From assembly GCA_965224085.1 (NCBI GenBank), contig CBDCYI010000005.1, positions 1,984,001 to 2,048,000 of the forward strand: a stretch of 64,000 bases of DNA, read 5' to 3'. The notes under the pieces are model-generated. The model was not told the DNA's origin and ran no database searches. It saw nothing but the letters and a program-made list of their open reading frames with translations. The DNA is from Candidatus Marinacidobacterales bacterium. Its GTDB lineage: Bacteria; Acidobacteriota; Vicinamibacteria; Marinacidobacterales; SMYC01. The translations under genes were made by a program, and so were the position numbers. Positions 48,740 to 58,619 of this stretch are shown in pieces (the first letter of the stretch is position 1; every line of letters starts with the position of its first letter).

Positions 48740-51613
48740 ATGTCCTTAAATTCGTTGCTCCATCGACCTTCATGGCGTTTGACGCTGACGGCGGTGCTCG
48801 TTGTGGTGCTGGCCTCGGGGCTCGCCTTCGCCCAGGATCGGACGGGCGACATCTACGGCAAAGTCACCGACGACCAGGGACTCGGAATCCCTGGGGCGAC
48901 GGTCACCGTCACCAGCCCGGCGCACATCAAGACCGAGATAATCGTCACCGGCAACGAGGGAAACTACCGGGCCGTCCGCCTGAGCCCGGGCTCCTACACG
49001 GTGAAAGTAGAGCTTTCCGGTTTCCGGACGGTGACGAACCAAGAAGTGGTGCTGCTGGCGGGTCAGTCGATCGCGGTAAACGCGACGCTCTCACCCGCCG
49101 CGGTAGAGGAGACGATCACCGTCACCGGCGAGTCGCCCTTGGTGGACGTCAAGAACGTCCAGGTGATGCGGACGCTGGAAACGGAGCTTCTCGACAACAT
49201 CCCGAACGGTCGCAAGTACGCGGACCTTCTCACCACGGTGGCCGGGGTGCTCGACGCCGAGTACGGCTTCACGCCCGCCCAGACGGTGCACGGGAGCTCG
49301 CCCCGGGACAACCTGTACAACATCGACGGGGCGGCCTTGAACGACACCACGGTGGGTTATATCGCCACCGAGATCCCGATCGATATGATCGAAGAAGTCC
49401 AGATCACCACCAGCGGTATCTCGGCGGAGCACGGTCTGTCCACCGGGGGTGTGTTCAACTTCGTCACCAAATCGGGCGGTAACGACTTCAGCGGCACCGC
49501 CAACTTCTTTTACGAGGGCGAGGGCCTGACCGCGGACAACCTGACCCCCGAGCTTGCGGAGCAGATCCCCCAGGGAAGCGTCATCGAAAAGAACCAGGAG
49601 ATCGGCGGCACCGTCGGTGGTCCGATCAAGCGCGATAGTGTCTGGTTCTTTTTCAATTTGCGCCGGACCGAAGTGGATGTCGCAGAGCCTTTCCTTCCGC
49701 CGGGCTCGCCCCGTGCCACGAATCAGACCCACAGCTTCACCAAGGCGACCTGGCAGGCGCATGCGAACACCCGGATCGAAGGCTCCTTGACCACGCGGGA
49801 TCAGGACCAGAATCCCGGCAACGTCCGAAGCTTCTCGAACGCCGACGCCCCCGAGACCTGGGAGATCCTCAAACGCTCCCAGCGCATCGTTCACGTGGCC
49901 GCAACGCACGTCTTCTCGCAGAACACGCTCATGGACGCGCGATTCAACCGGGTGTTCAAGAACTTCGACCGGGAGTATCCCAACAATCCCGATCTCGTTG
50001 TGGGGTACAGAGACATCGGCACCAACAAGCAGTTCGGTGGTCAGTTCGACCGCAGAGGACTCCGAAGAACCTTGGCCCGCGACATCGGGCAGTTCCACGT
50101 CTCGCTCTCGAACTACAAGGAGAACTGGGGAGGCTCGCACGAGTTCAAGGGCGGTTTCTACGCGGAGCGCTCACCGTTCGATAACGAGAACTTCTGGCCG
50201 AACGGTGAGGACATCGAGCAGCGCCTGCGCTTCGGCGAGGCCCACCGCGTGCGCTTGTGCGTGTGTCCGCAGGACGGCGTCAAGTCGAGCATCGACCGCT
50301 ATGCCGCCTACTTCCAGGATCAGTGGACGATCACCGATCGGGTGACACTGAACGCCGGCATCCGCTGGGAGGGCACCGAGGGATGGATTCCGGAGCAGAG
50401 CGCCGGCGGCGGCCGATTCTTCGCCTTGGAGACCCAGGAAGAGCTACGGGACCAGATCAACTTGAGCACCTTCGCTCCGCGGCTGGGCGTCGCCATTGCG
50501 CTCGACGAGGCAGGGCGGAGTACGCTGAAGGCCAGCTACGGTCGTTACTACGCCATGCTCCTGAATCAGACGGCGCTCAGGCTCGTCCAGGTGGGAGGCT
50601 TCGAGGAATACCGGTGGAACGACCTCAACGGCGATCTCGTCTTCCAGGAAGGTGAGGCGGGAGCCCTGACCCGCGGGCGCAGCGCCGGTTTGCGCGAGTC
50701 CGATCCCGACTTGAAGCAGCAGTATGTCGACAACTTCAACATCACCTTCGAGCAGCAGTTCGGCCGCGACTTCGTTTTCTCCGTGGCCGGGATCATCAAG
50801 CGGGAGAACGACATCATCGAGACCGCTGACATCGGCCGGCCCTTCTCCGCCTACAACGAGGTCACCGTGACGAACCCCGTCGACGGACAGCCCATCAACA
50901 TCTTCGTTCTCGATCCTTCCTTTCTGGGCTCCCCCACGGTTACCTTCATCACCAACCCCAAAGATCCGACACCGCTGTTCCGGGACTTCGACGCTCTCGA
51001 GCTCGTGTTCCAGAAGCGCTTCCGCGAGGGCTGGCAGATGCTCGCCTCCTACACCTGGAGCAGCTCCTACGGCAACATTGGCAACAGCTACGGCTCGAGC
51101 TCCGGTGGCCGGTCCGTCTACGACAACCCCAACACCACCCTCATCAACATCGAGGGTCCTCTCGATATGGACGTGCCCCACGCCTTCAAGCTCCAAGGCA
51201 CCTATGTGTTCCCGCACGACGTCTGGGTCAGCGCTTACTATCAGGGCCTTTCCGGCTTCCCCCTCAAGCTCCCCCAGGATTTCCCCAGCGACCCGGCACT
51301 CGGGGCCCGCACGGTTCGCTTCTTCCGTGAGGATGTACCGGAAATGGTGGTCGAGAGCTTCATCGACATCGCCGGCACGCAGAGGGGCTCCGAGCGACAT
51401 GACTTCAAGCATCTCGTGAACTTGCGGGCGGAAAAGAAATTCAACCTGGGAGGCGGCGCGCGCATCGGCATCATCGCCGATGTGTTCAACCTGTTCAACA
51501 GCAGCCGGGTGACCACGGTTCAGTCGTTGCGCGTCGACCTGCCACAGTTCCACGTTCCGGCGCGGATCGAGTTCGCCCGCCGGCTTCGAATCGGTCTCCG
51601 CTTCGAGTTCTAA
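48740..51613 (+). CDS. TonB-dependent receptor (Oar-like, carboxypeptidase-regulatory-like N-domain)
   Basis: AAGGAGG RBS, signal peptide, G.VTD..G..IPGATV, ETITVTGESPLVD, TKSGGN.F.G, QDQWT, C-terminal F. Confidence 0.92.
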   Translation: MSLNSLLHRPSWRLTLTAVLVVVLASGLAFAQDRTGDIYGKVTDDQGLGIPGATVTVTSPAHIKTEIIVTGNEGNYRAVRLSPGSYTVKVELSGFRTVTNQEVVLLAGQSIAVNATLSPAAVEETITVTGESPLVDVKNVQVMRTLETELLDNIPNGRKYADLLTTVAGVLDAEYGFTPAQTVHGSSPRDNLYNIDGAALNDTTVGYIATEIPIDMIEEVQITTSGISAEHGLSTGGVFNFVTKSGGNDFSGTANFFYEGEGLTADNLTPELAEQIPQGSVIEKNQEIGGTVGGPIKRDSVWFFFNLRRTEVDVAEPFLPPGSPRATNQTHSFTKATWQAHANTRIEGSLTTRDQDQNPGNVRSFSNADAPETWEILKRSQRIVHVAATHVFSQNTLMDARFNRVFKNFDREYPNNPDLVVGYRDIGTNKQFGGQFDRRGLRRTLARDIGQFHVSLSNYKENWGGSHEFKGGFYAERSPFDNENFWPNGEDIEQRLRFGEAHRVRLCVCPQDGVKSSIDRYAAYFQDQWTITDRVTLNAGIRWEGTEGWIPEQSAGGGRFFALETQEELRDQINLSTFAPRLGVAIALDEAGRSTLKASYGRYYAMLLNQTALRLVQVGGFEEYRWNDLNGDLVFQEGEAGALTRGRSAGLRESDPDLKQQYVDNFNITFEQQFGRDFVFSVAGIIKRENDIIETADIGRPFSAYNEVTVTNPVDGQPINIFVLDPSFLGSPTVTFITNPKDPTPLFRDFDALELVFQKRFREGWQMLASYTWSSSYGNIGNSYGSSSGGRSVYDNPNTTLINIEGPLDMDVPHAFKLQGTYVFPHDVWVSAYYQGLSGFPLKLPQDFPSDPALGARTVRFFREDVPEMVVESFIDIAGTQRGSERHDFKHLVNLRAEKKFNLGGGARIGIIADVFNLFNSSRVTTVQSLRVDLPQFHVPARIEFARRLRIGLRFEF

Positions 51614-51649
51614 GCGGGTACGGAAAAGGGAGTTCAACAAAGACCGGAT

Positions 51650-51670
51650 GGGGCGGCTTCGAGCCGCCCC
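51650..51670 (+). terminator. Hairpin between convergent genes
   Basis: GGGGCGGC-ttcga-GCCGCCCC. Confidence 0.55.
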
Positions 51671-51689
51671 GTTCGTCTCGCTTGAGGCG

Positions 51690-51815
51690 TTACGGTTTCA
51701 GCACCTGAAGGTACAGGCGCAGGAAGTTGAGGCCGAGGATTTTTTCGATGTCGGCGGACGAATGTCCCCGACGCTCGAGGCCCTGGCCGATGAAGTTCCT
51801 CGCGCTCCTTCTGGG
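51690..51815 (-). pseudogene. Membrane dipeptidase (M19) C-terminal remnant abutting IS1634
   Basis: Manual translation IGQGLERRGHSSADIEKILGLNFLRLYLQVLKP*. Confidence 0.7.
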
Positions 51816-53753
51816 TTAAGCGGAAGTTCCCGGCTTAGGCCAGACGTAATGTATTGAACGCGTGGAGTTTTTCATCAGGGAAGGTTTCCCGGCACTGGGA
51901 ACAAACCGAGCAGTTGCATTACGCGTTGTTGTGTTGAGTTGGCTTCGGTCACCATCTGGAATGGTGGAGCGGTCGGGTCGGCTTTGAGTTGGCAAAGGTT
52001 GAGACTGCGGGTAGCAAGCTCGGCAAGAAGCGTGGGGAAACTGTGAATAGGTAATCCGTCAGATGTGCGACGGACGCTCTTTTTGTTTTTGGCCGAAGTC
52101 GAGGGCAGAGCTGGCAAGACGGGGTCTCGGGTCTCGCGGTCGGCGTCAAGTTGCTCGTCGACGAAAAGTAGTGGAGCAAGGGCCTTTTTCATGTGCCATT
52201 GCACATAGTAGGCGAGCAAGCACAAGAAGATGTGTGCCCGCACGCGTTGGGCATCGCGATGGCGGATGGGTCGTACTAACAGGTCGATGCCCTTCAAACA
52301 ACGAAAGGCTTGTTCAACCTGAGAGAGCCGCTTGTAGCTGCGCACGGTGTCCTCGGCCGAGAGATGCTCAAGCGGCTCGCTGGTGCGGATTACGTAGATG
52401 CCGTCGCGTTCCGATTCTCGGCGAATGCTTTCCTCGCGTCTGCTGTAGCTAAAAAGGCTATCTTCGATCTTCAGTGTGAAGTGCTTGCCCACTTTGTAAT
52501 GGTTGAGCACCTTTCCGACCTTCTTGCCAATTTCAGCTTTGTCCAAAGGAGTTTTCGTTCGCCGGGCAACCTGTCGGCGGATCTTGTCGAACTTGGCCTC
52601 GGTCGCTTCAAGCAGGGCCTGGCGCTTCCTTCGCCTCTCTTCGGCCAGCAGAGGGTTGTAGCAAGCAATCAGTCGCTCACCGGGAAAATCAATAGAAGTG
52701 ATCTCCGCCAGGTTTTTTTGGTCGAACAGCGACAGCTGCAAACACTCCGTGTCCAGTAGTTTGCGAATCGCTGTCGAACGCAAGGCTGAGATCCAGCCAA
52801 GTCCTGGGTATTGCCTTAGAGCCTTAATCTGAGTCTGAGTGAGCAAGCCCCGGTCACCAACCAGCACCACCTGTTGAAGCTCAAAACGCTCACGAAGCTT
52901 TTGTACTTGATCCGGCAGTGTCGTCGGATCCCCTGTGTTCCCCGGGTAGACCTCCACGGCCACGGGACGTCCTTCGTGGTCCGTTAACACTCCATAGACA
53001 ACGATGGGTTTGCCCTTTTTACCATCTCGGCCGTAGCCGAAAAGAGCCAGTGGACAGGTGCGTCCTTCATAGTAGCTACTGCTCACATCGTAAAGCACCT
53101 GTGCACCCTCGGAAAGGTGTCGACTCGCCAGCTTCTTTTCGATCCGAGACTGGCGCTGGATCAACCAATCCATTGCCGCATAGAGATCATCTTCGTCCGC
53201 ATCGACCACGCCGAGCTCTTGCGCCAGCGTTGTCGTGTGCCACAGTCGTGTCGTGCCCAACTTCGAGCTGGGATGAATGAGTTGCTCGGCAATCATGGCG
53301 ATAACCAGATCGCGTTCGCGACATCGTTTCGACGCGATGAGTCTATCGAGTTCCAGTTGGTGGATGGTGCCGAGCACTGCCTCGACATGGCCGTGGGGCA
53401 GTGTCCGCTGCACGACGAACACATCCGACGGAGCCATCAAGGGCTCGTCTCTCAGTAAGCGTCGCAGGGCTTCGACCTTGGCCTTGGGCCACTCCGTCAG
53501 ATTGGCGATGGTGCGTTTTCGGATGCGCTTTCCCTCTCGCCAACCCTCGCGCAACAAGATGGCTGGCCGGGAGTTCCGGTTGGGAACGATGTCGACATAC
53601 ATGGCAACAATAATACACATAAAAAGCTTAATATCAATATAAAACAGATCAATACATGGGAAAACTTGTGGGGCCACGTTTTCTCGTTTCCCACTTAGAA
53701 TCAATGAATTACACCCCGTTCTAGGTGTTTCTGTTAGGGGAACTTCTGGTTAA
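51816..53753 (-). mobile_element. IS1634-family insertion sequence, apparently intact
   Basis: Imperfect IRs TTAAGCGGAAGTTCCC / GGGAACTTCTGGTTAA; GGG on both flanks; lower GC. Confidence 0.85.
51875..53602 (-). CDS. IS1634-family DDE transposase
   Basis: RTIANL, YDVSSSYYEG, FGYGRDGK, VGDRG, YK.L..VE.AFR.LK, VRAHIFLC. Confidence 0.93.
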   Translation of the reverse strand: MYVDIVPNRNSRPAILLREGWREGKRIRKRTIANLTEWPKAKVEALRRLLRDEPLMAPSDVFVVQRTLPHGHVEAVLGTIHQLELDRLIASKRCRERDLVIAMIAEQLIHPSSKLGTTRLWHTTTLAQELGVVDADEDDLYAAMDWLIQRQSRIEKKLASRHLSEGAQVLYDVSSSYYEGRTCPLALFGYGRDGKKGKPIVVYGVLTDHEGRPVAVEVYPGNTGDPTTLPDQVQKLRERFELQQVVLVGDRGLLTQTQIKALRQYPGLGWISALRSTAIRKLLDTECLQLSLFDQKNLAEITSIDFPGERLIACYNPLLAEERRRKRQALLEATEAKFDKIRRQVARRTKTPLDKAEIGKKVGKVLNHYKVGKHFTLKIEDSLFSYSRREESIRRESERDGIYVIRTSEPLEHLSAEDTVRSYKRLSQVEQAFRCLKGIDLLVRPIRHRDAQRVRAHIFLCLLAYYVQWHMKKALAPLLFVDEQLDADRETRDPVLPALPSTSAKNKKSVRRTSDGLPIHSFPTLLAELATRSLNLCQLKADPTAPPFQMVTEANSTQQRVMQLLGLFPVPGNLP

Positions 53754-53875
53754 GGGCCCGTTCGGCCTTCGGCCCGCCTATTTTGCCATTTTAGGCAATT
53801 GATCATGTGGCGACGCGTATTGAAGGAATTTCTGATACAGGACACTACTAGGTGTTACTGTTAGGGCACTTCAAG

Positions 53876-56800
53876 CTAACGAGGCGGCTCGGTCGGCAGC
53901 GGAATGGGCCTCCCGGCCGACCAGCGGAGACCGTCGTCGTCGAGCTTCCGATGCAAGTCTGCCACCGGACCGGCGAGTAGACCGTTCAGCGTCTCGACCT
54001 GCCGGGACAGCTTGTCGCGCACTTCCCGGGTGAGCCGGCTCTGCTGCTCGGTGGGACGAGCGGTGGCGATCTCGATGTTGGCATAGAGCTGGCGGACGCC
54101 CTCGGCGAGGGGTGGAGCACCCGGCTGCTCCGCCCGGCTCCTTTCGCCTTTCCCGAGCATCGCGATCAACACTTCCTTGAGCGCCTCATCGATGCTCGCC
54201 ACCTGCTGAGCCAGAGATTCGTCCGGCTGGGAACGATCCTGGAGCAACGCCTGGATCTCGCCTAGCCGGTCCCTCGACTGCTCTGCGGTCGAGAGCACCG
54301 CTTTGACCGTCGCGAACATTCCGTCCAGTGCGAGGAGCGTGTCGTGCCAGGCCCGACGGTCCTCGTTGCTGATCGCTATCAGAGGATCGCCTTCGACGTC
54401 GATGCTCGTGCTTCGCTCCACGTCTCCCACCTTCAAACGAGCTCGATAGCTACCCGGTAGCACGAAAGCGCCACGAAGATCTCCAGTGACGAACGAGTAG
54501 GCTTCCTCCTCGCTCGGTTCGAAGTAAAGAGCGTGCCGTAGATCCCAAACGAGCCTCTGGACCCCCGTTCCCTCTTCGGCCTGCCGCGGCTCGAGACGCC
54601 GCAGGAGGTTTCCCTCCGCGTCGAGAATGTCCACTTGGACCCTCGGTGGCCCGGATTCCGAGAGGGCACCGTTCGTCGACGCCTCCGAGTCCGCCATCAC
54701 CTTTGGGTTCACGTAATAGGTGATGATGGCTCCGTCGGGCGGATTCGGCGCCGTGAAGTAGCGCTGGCCCTGGCTTCTCCGGCCGCGGTCGATGCGGTGC
54801 ATCTGCGTCGCCGGGCGAATCCGGGCTAGGTGCGCCTCCGTCGCCAGAACCTCTGGGGTCAGCTCGTCCAGGATGCTCATGTCATCGAGGATCCACAAGC
54901 CCCGGCCATGGGTTCCCAGCACCAGGTCGTTCTCCCGCGCTTGGATGACCATGTCGTGCACCGGGACCGTCGGAAGGTTATTCTTCAGCTCTACCCACTC
55001 GCCTCCGCCGGTGATGGAGATGAAAACACTCAGCTCCGTACCGACCACCACAAGATCGGGATTCCTTGGATGCTCCACGATGACGCGCGTAGAGCCGTGC
55101 TCGGGCAGATTCCCGGTGATGTTGCTCCAGCTCGCTCCGAAGTCGTCGCTCGTCACCACGTAGGGCCGGAAGTCGTTGTCTTTGTGCGCGTCGAACACCG
55201 CATAAATCGTCTCGGGCTTCGCGTGGGAGAGAACCACCCGGCTCACCCTCGTCTGATCCAAAACGCCGGGAAACTCCTGCACCGTCGTCCAGCTCTCGCC
55301 GTCGTCGCTCGTCACCGAGATCTGGCCATCGTCCGTGCCCACCACCAGCCGCCCCCGTTGAAGCGGTGACTCCGAAACGGTGGTGATGTTCCCGTAATCG
55401 GATGTCCCCTGATGGAGCGCGATAGCGTCCCGGGGCCACAGTTTTCCTTGAAGGGGAAGCTCGTAGTGGTCGAGCCGGCGGGTCAGGTCCGCGCTCACGA
55501 CCTCCCAGCTATCCCCACGGTCCGGGCTCCGGAAGACTTTGTTCGCCGCAAAGTAGAGCGTCCGGTAATCATGACGCGAGATGAGAATCGGTGAGCTCCA
55601 GTTCCATCGATACTTCTCGCCCTCCGGGGGCTGCGGCTGGATCAATCGACGCTCGCCGGTTCGGGTGTCGAAGCGAACCAGCCTTCCGTACTGGGACTCG
55701 GTATAGACGATGTGAGGTTGCTCGGGATCGATCTGCACGTGGAATCCGTCGCCGGGAACTGTCATGAACCAGTCGTCGTTCACGATGCCGTCGATGTTTC
55801 GGGTGCCGCTGGGACCGCCGAAGCTGTTGTTGTCCTGCGTGCCGCCGTAGACGTAATAGAAGGGCTCGCGCTCGTCGACCGACACCGTGTAGAACTGCAT
55901 CACCGGAAGATTCGGCATGAACTCCCAGTTCTCGCCGCGATCGTAGGACGCGTAGAGACCACCGTCGGTACCGAGAAGCACCCGCTTCGAGTTGTCGGGG
56001 TCGATCAGAAGCGCCCGGTGATCCACGTGAACGCCGCCGCCTTGAACCAGCTCTCGAAACGTCTTGCCGCCATCTTCGGACACCACCGAGCGGGTATTGG
56101 GAACGTAGACCCGATCGGGGTCTTCGGGGTCACAGCGAACGATCCCGTAGGACCAGCGGGTGGTGTGCTCGGAGGTGCGCCGTTGCCAGCTCGCACCTCG
56201 ATCGTCGGAGCGGAAGACGCCTCCTCTCTCCTGCGCGGCGACGGCGGCATAGACGGTGTCCGGCTGACTCGCGCAGACGCTCACGCCGATACGTCCGACT
56301 TCGCCTTCCGGAAGGCCCCTGGTCAGCTTCTTCCAGCTCTCACCGCCGTCGGTGCTCTTGAAGAGCCCGCCTTCCGGACCTCCTGCCACGAAGCTCCAGT
56401 TGCGCCGCTCCCTCTGGTGCGCTGCGGCATAGAGCACGTCCGGATCGCGCGGGTCCATGACGATGTCTGCGATTCCGGTGTGCTGGCTGATGTAGAGAAC
56501 CTTGGACCAGCTCTCGCCGCCGTCCTGCGTCTTGAAGAGCCCCCGCTCTTCGCCCGCTCCCCACAGCGAGCCGAGAGCTGCGACGTACACGATGTCGGGA
56601 TCTTCCGGGTGGACGAGCACCTCGCCGATGTGTCGGGTCTCGGTCAGACCCATGTGCTTGAAGCTCTTGCCACCGTCGTCCGATTTGTAGACGCCGTCGC
56701 CCCAGGAGTTGCTCCGGGCGTTGAAGTCCTCACCGGTGCCGACCCAGACCACGTTCGGGTTCGAAGGCGAAAGAGCCACGTCTCCTACCGAGGGCGTTGC

Positions 56801-57058
56801 TTCCCTCTCGAACACCGGTTCCCAGGTGACGCCGCGATTCGTGGTCTTCCACACCCCGCCGGTGGCGGAGGCGGCGTAGATCAGCTCGTCGCCGGTCGCG
56901 GCGATGCTGGTGATACGACCACTGACGATCCCGGGACCGATGGGACGCCACTCGAGCGCCGCCAGATGATCGCTCGTGAGCGGCTGAGCCACCGCCGGCA
57001 CGAGAGCCGCCGTCAGCAGGAAACCGGACAGGGAAAGCCGAAGCACCGCTTGGCTCAT
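53876..57058 (-). CDS. VPS10/BNR-repeat beta-propeller protein (putative glycosyl hydrolase)
   Basis: Signal peptide, WRPIGP..SGRI, many S/T-x-D-x-G-x-x-W Asp-boxes, GGTQDN, GTHGRG. Confidence 0.88.
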   Translation of the reverse strand: MSQAVLRLSLSGFLLTAALVPAVAQPLTSDHLAALEWRPIGPGIVSGRITSIAATGDELIYAASATGGVWKTTNRGVTWEPVFEREATPSVGDVALSPSNPNVVWVGTGEDFNARSNSWGDGVYKSDDGGKSFKHMGLTETRHIGEVLVHPEDPDIVYVAALGSLWGAGEERGLFKTQDGGESWSKVLYISQHTGIADIVMDPRDPDVLYAAAHQRERRNWSFVAGGPEGGLFKSTDGGESWKKLTRGLPEGEVGRIGVSVCASQPDTVYAAVAAQERGGVFRSDDRGASWQRRTSEHTTRWSYGIVRCDPEDPDRVYVPNTRSVVSEDGGKTFRELVQGGGVHVDHRALLIDPDNSKRVLLGTDGGLYASYDRGENWEFMPNLPVMQFYTVSVDEREPFYYVYGGTQDNNSFGGPSGTRNIDGIVNDDWFMTVPGDGFHVQIDPEQPHIVYTESQYGRLVRFDTRTGERRLIQPQPPEGEKYRWNWSSPILISRHDYRTLYFAANKVFRSPDRGDSWEVVSADLTRRLDHYELPLQGKLWPRDAIALHQGTSDYGNITTVSESPLQRGRLVVGTDDGQISVTSDDGESWTTVQEFPGVLDQTRVSRVVLSHAKPETIYAVFDAHKDNDFRPYVVTSDDFGASWSNITGNLPEHGSTRVIVEHPRNPDLVVVGTELSVFISITGGGEWVELKNNLPTVPVHDMVIQARENDLVLGTHGRGLWILDDMSILDELTPEVLATEAHLARIRPATQMHRIDRGRRSQGQRYFTAPNPPDGAIITYYVNPKVMADSEASTNGALSESGPPRVQVDILDAEGNLLRRLEPRQAEEGTGVQRLVWDLRHALYFEPSEEEAYSFVTGDLRGAFVLPGSYRARLKVGDVERSTSIDVEGDPLIAISNEDRRAWHDTLLALDGMFATVKAVLSTAEQSRDRLGEIQALLQDRSQPDESLAQQVASIDEALKEVLIAMLGKGERSRAEQPGAPPLAEGVRQLYANIEIATARPTEQQSRLTREVRDKLSRQVETLNGLLAGPVADLHRKLDDDGLRWSAGRPIPLPTEPPR

Positions 57059-57083
57059 AGCGCCCTCCTTCAACAACATCGGT

Positions 57084-57172
57084 TCAGAGAATCCAGCCGC
57101 GGAGCTTGCCGGTCGCGTCGCGCCAGACGAGCTGGATGGAGCCGGTATGCCAGTTGTCCGGATCGACCGCAT
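57084..57172 (-). pseudogene. Collapsed remnant of a fourth GGT-like gene
   Basis: GGAGG RBS plus ATG(57172) joined out of frame to DNWHTGSIQLVWRDATGKLRG, matching the paralogs' C-terminus. Confidence 0.75.
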
Positions 57173-57197
57173 GACGAGACCTCCGCAAAACGACCAC

Positions 57198-58610
57198 TCA
57201 CTGAGAGCGGCCGATGACCAGTAGTTCTTGCTGCCGGGCAACGAAGTACCCCACCCCGTTGTCGGTGAGCCGGGCGTTCTCCTCGATGCGAATCGGCACC
57301 ACTTTGCCGTCCCACTCGGGGATGGGCGTGCTCACGTGAAGCTCGACCGAATACCAGGCTTCGGCTGCAAGCGGATAGCGCACACGATCCCCGTAGGCGA
57401 ACGGCCAGTCGATGGCAACCCGCGCGCCGATGTCGTGGGTGGAGTTTCCGACCGAATGGGAGTAGATGCCGACCTCCGGCTGGGTGGGGTCGGCTTCCAC
57501 GGCGCCGCCGGTCTTGGGCTGGCCGGCGTAGTACCCCATCATGCCGATGTCCTCCATCGTCAGCTCCCAGACCTCGTGTGCAATCGCCCCTGGTTTCATG
57601 TTCGCGGTCAGGACATCGGTCACCTTCATCGCGTCTGCGAAGGCCTTCTGGAGGCTTTCCGGGGCCTCCGTCTCACCGGGCTTCAGCACGTAGGCGGTTC
57701 GCTTGATGTCGGTACGGTAGTCGATGAAGGCAAGGCCCGCGTCGACCGAAAGGACGTCGCCCGGCTCGACGGTGTGCTCCGGGGTGTTGGTAGGAAGGTT
57801 CTCACCGTTGCGGGTGATGCGTATACCCGGCAGAAACTCCACCTGGAGACCGAGCTCCATCGCTCGCTGTCGCATCCACCAGTGAATGTTGTTCGCCGTC
57901 GTCTCTCCCACCGTCACGACCGCATCGGAGAACGCCTCTTCCTCCCAGGCCACCGTCCACTCGCAGAGATCACGAAAAACCTCGATCTCGTCGGCGATGT
58001 GCATCGTGCGAAAGTCGCGGACCAGCAGCTCCGCCGACACCATGCGGGACGCGTACTCGGGACCCAGGGTGTCCTCCAGAAACGTCCTCAGCGTCCACGA
58101 CAGGCCGTCAGCCATCGGAAGCGTCGGAGAGACGTTGATCCCGATCCTTTCCGGATCCCGCTCCCCCACGACCTTCTTCAAGTGGGGGCTGACACCCCCC
58201 TCGGTGTAGCCGTAGTAGATGAGTTCGTCGTAGGCGTCTCGAATCGTCGTGTCTCGGAGCTCGTGAGAGCCAATGAAGATCTTCTCCGGCGTGTCACCTC
58301 CCCGGTCGAAGAAGAGATAGGCATTGCGCACACCTCCCCAGCCTCCTCCGATCTCCGAGAGGATCGGGTCGGTGTGGTGCTCCCGGCTGAACACCAGCCA
58401 TAGATCGATGTCGTGCGCGCGCATGGCCGGGAGGAGCACGCCGTCCAGACGCTTTTGAATGAGGCGCTTTCGAATCTCAAAGCGCTCCCTGGCGTCCGGA
58501 ATCTCGAGTGTCTCGGTGGGACTCGCGGCGTCCCCGGCCCCGGAGGGACCGCAGCCGTTGGCGGCGAGGACGACCAGAAGAGTCGTCAGAAGCAGTCTAA
58601 TCCGAATCAT
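57198..58610 (-). CDS. M24-family aminopeptidase (lipoprotein)
   Basis: ANGC lipobox-like; D, D (TDIKRT), H (SHSVG..THD), E, E ligands. Confidence 0.88.
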   Translation of the reverse strand: MIRIRLLLTTLLVVLAANGCGPSGAGDAASPTETLEIPDARERFEIRKRLIQKRLDGVLLPAMRAHDIDLWLVFSREHHTDPILSEIGGGWGGVRNAYLFFDRGGDTPEKIFIGSHELRDTTIRDAYDELIYYGYTEGGVSPHLKKVVGERDPERIGINVSPTLPMADGLSWTLRTFLEDTLGPEYASRMVSAELLVRDFRTMHIADEIEVFRDLCEWTVAWEEEAFSDAVVTVGETTANNIHWWMRQRAMELGLQVEFLPGIRITRNGENLPTNTPEHTVEPGDVLSVDAGLAFIDYRTDIKRTAYVLKPGETEAPESLQKAFADAMKVTDVLTANMKPGAIAHEVWELTMEDIGMMGYYAGQPKTGGAVEADPTQPEVGIYSHSVGNSTHDIGARVAIDWPFAYGDRVRYPLAAEAWYSVELHVSTPIPEWDGKVVPIRIEENARLTDNGVGYFVARQQELLVIGRSQ

Positions 58611-58619
58611 CGCGTCACC

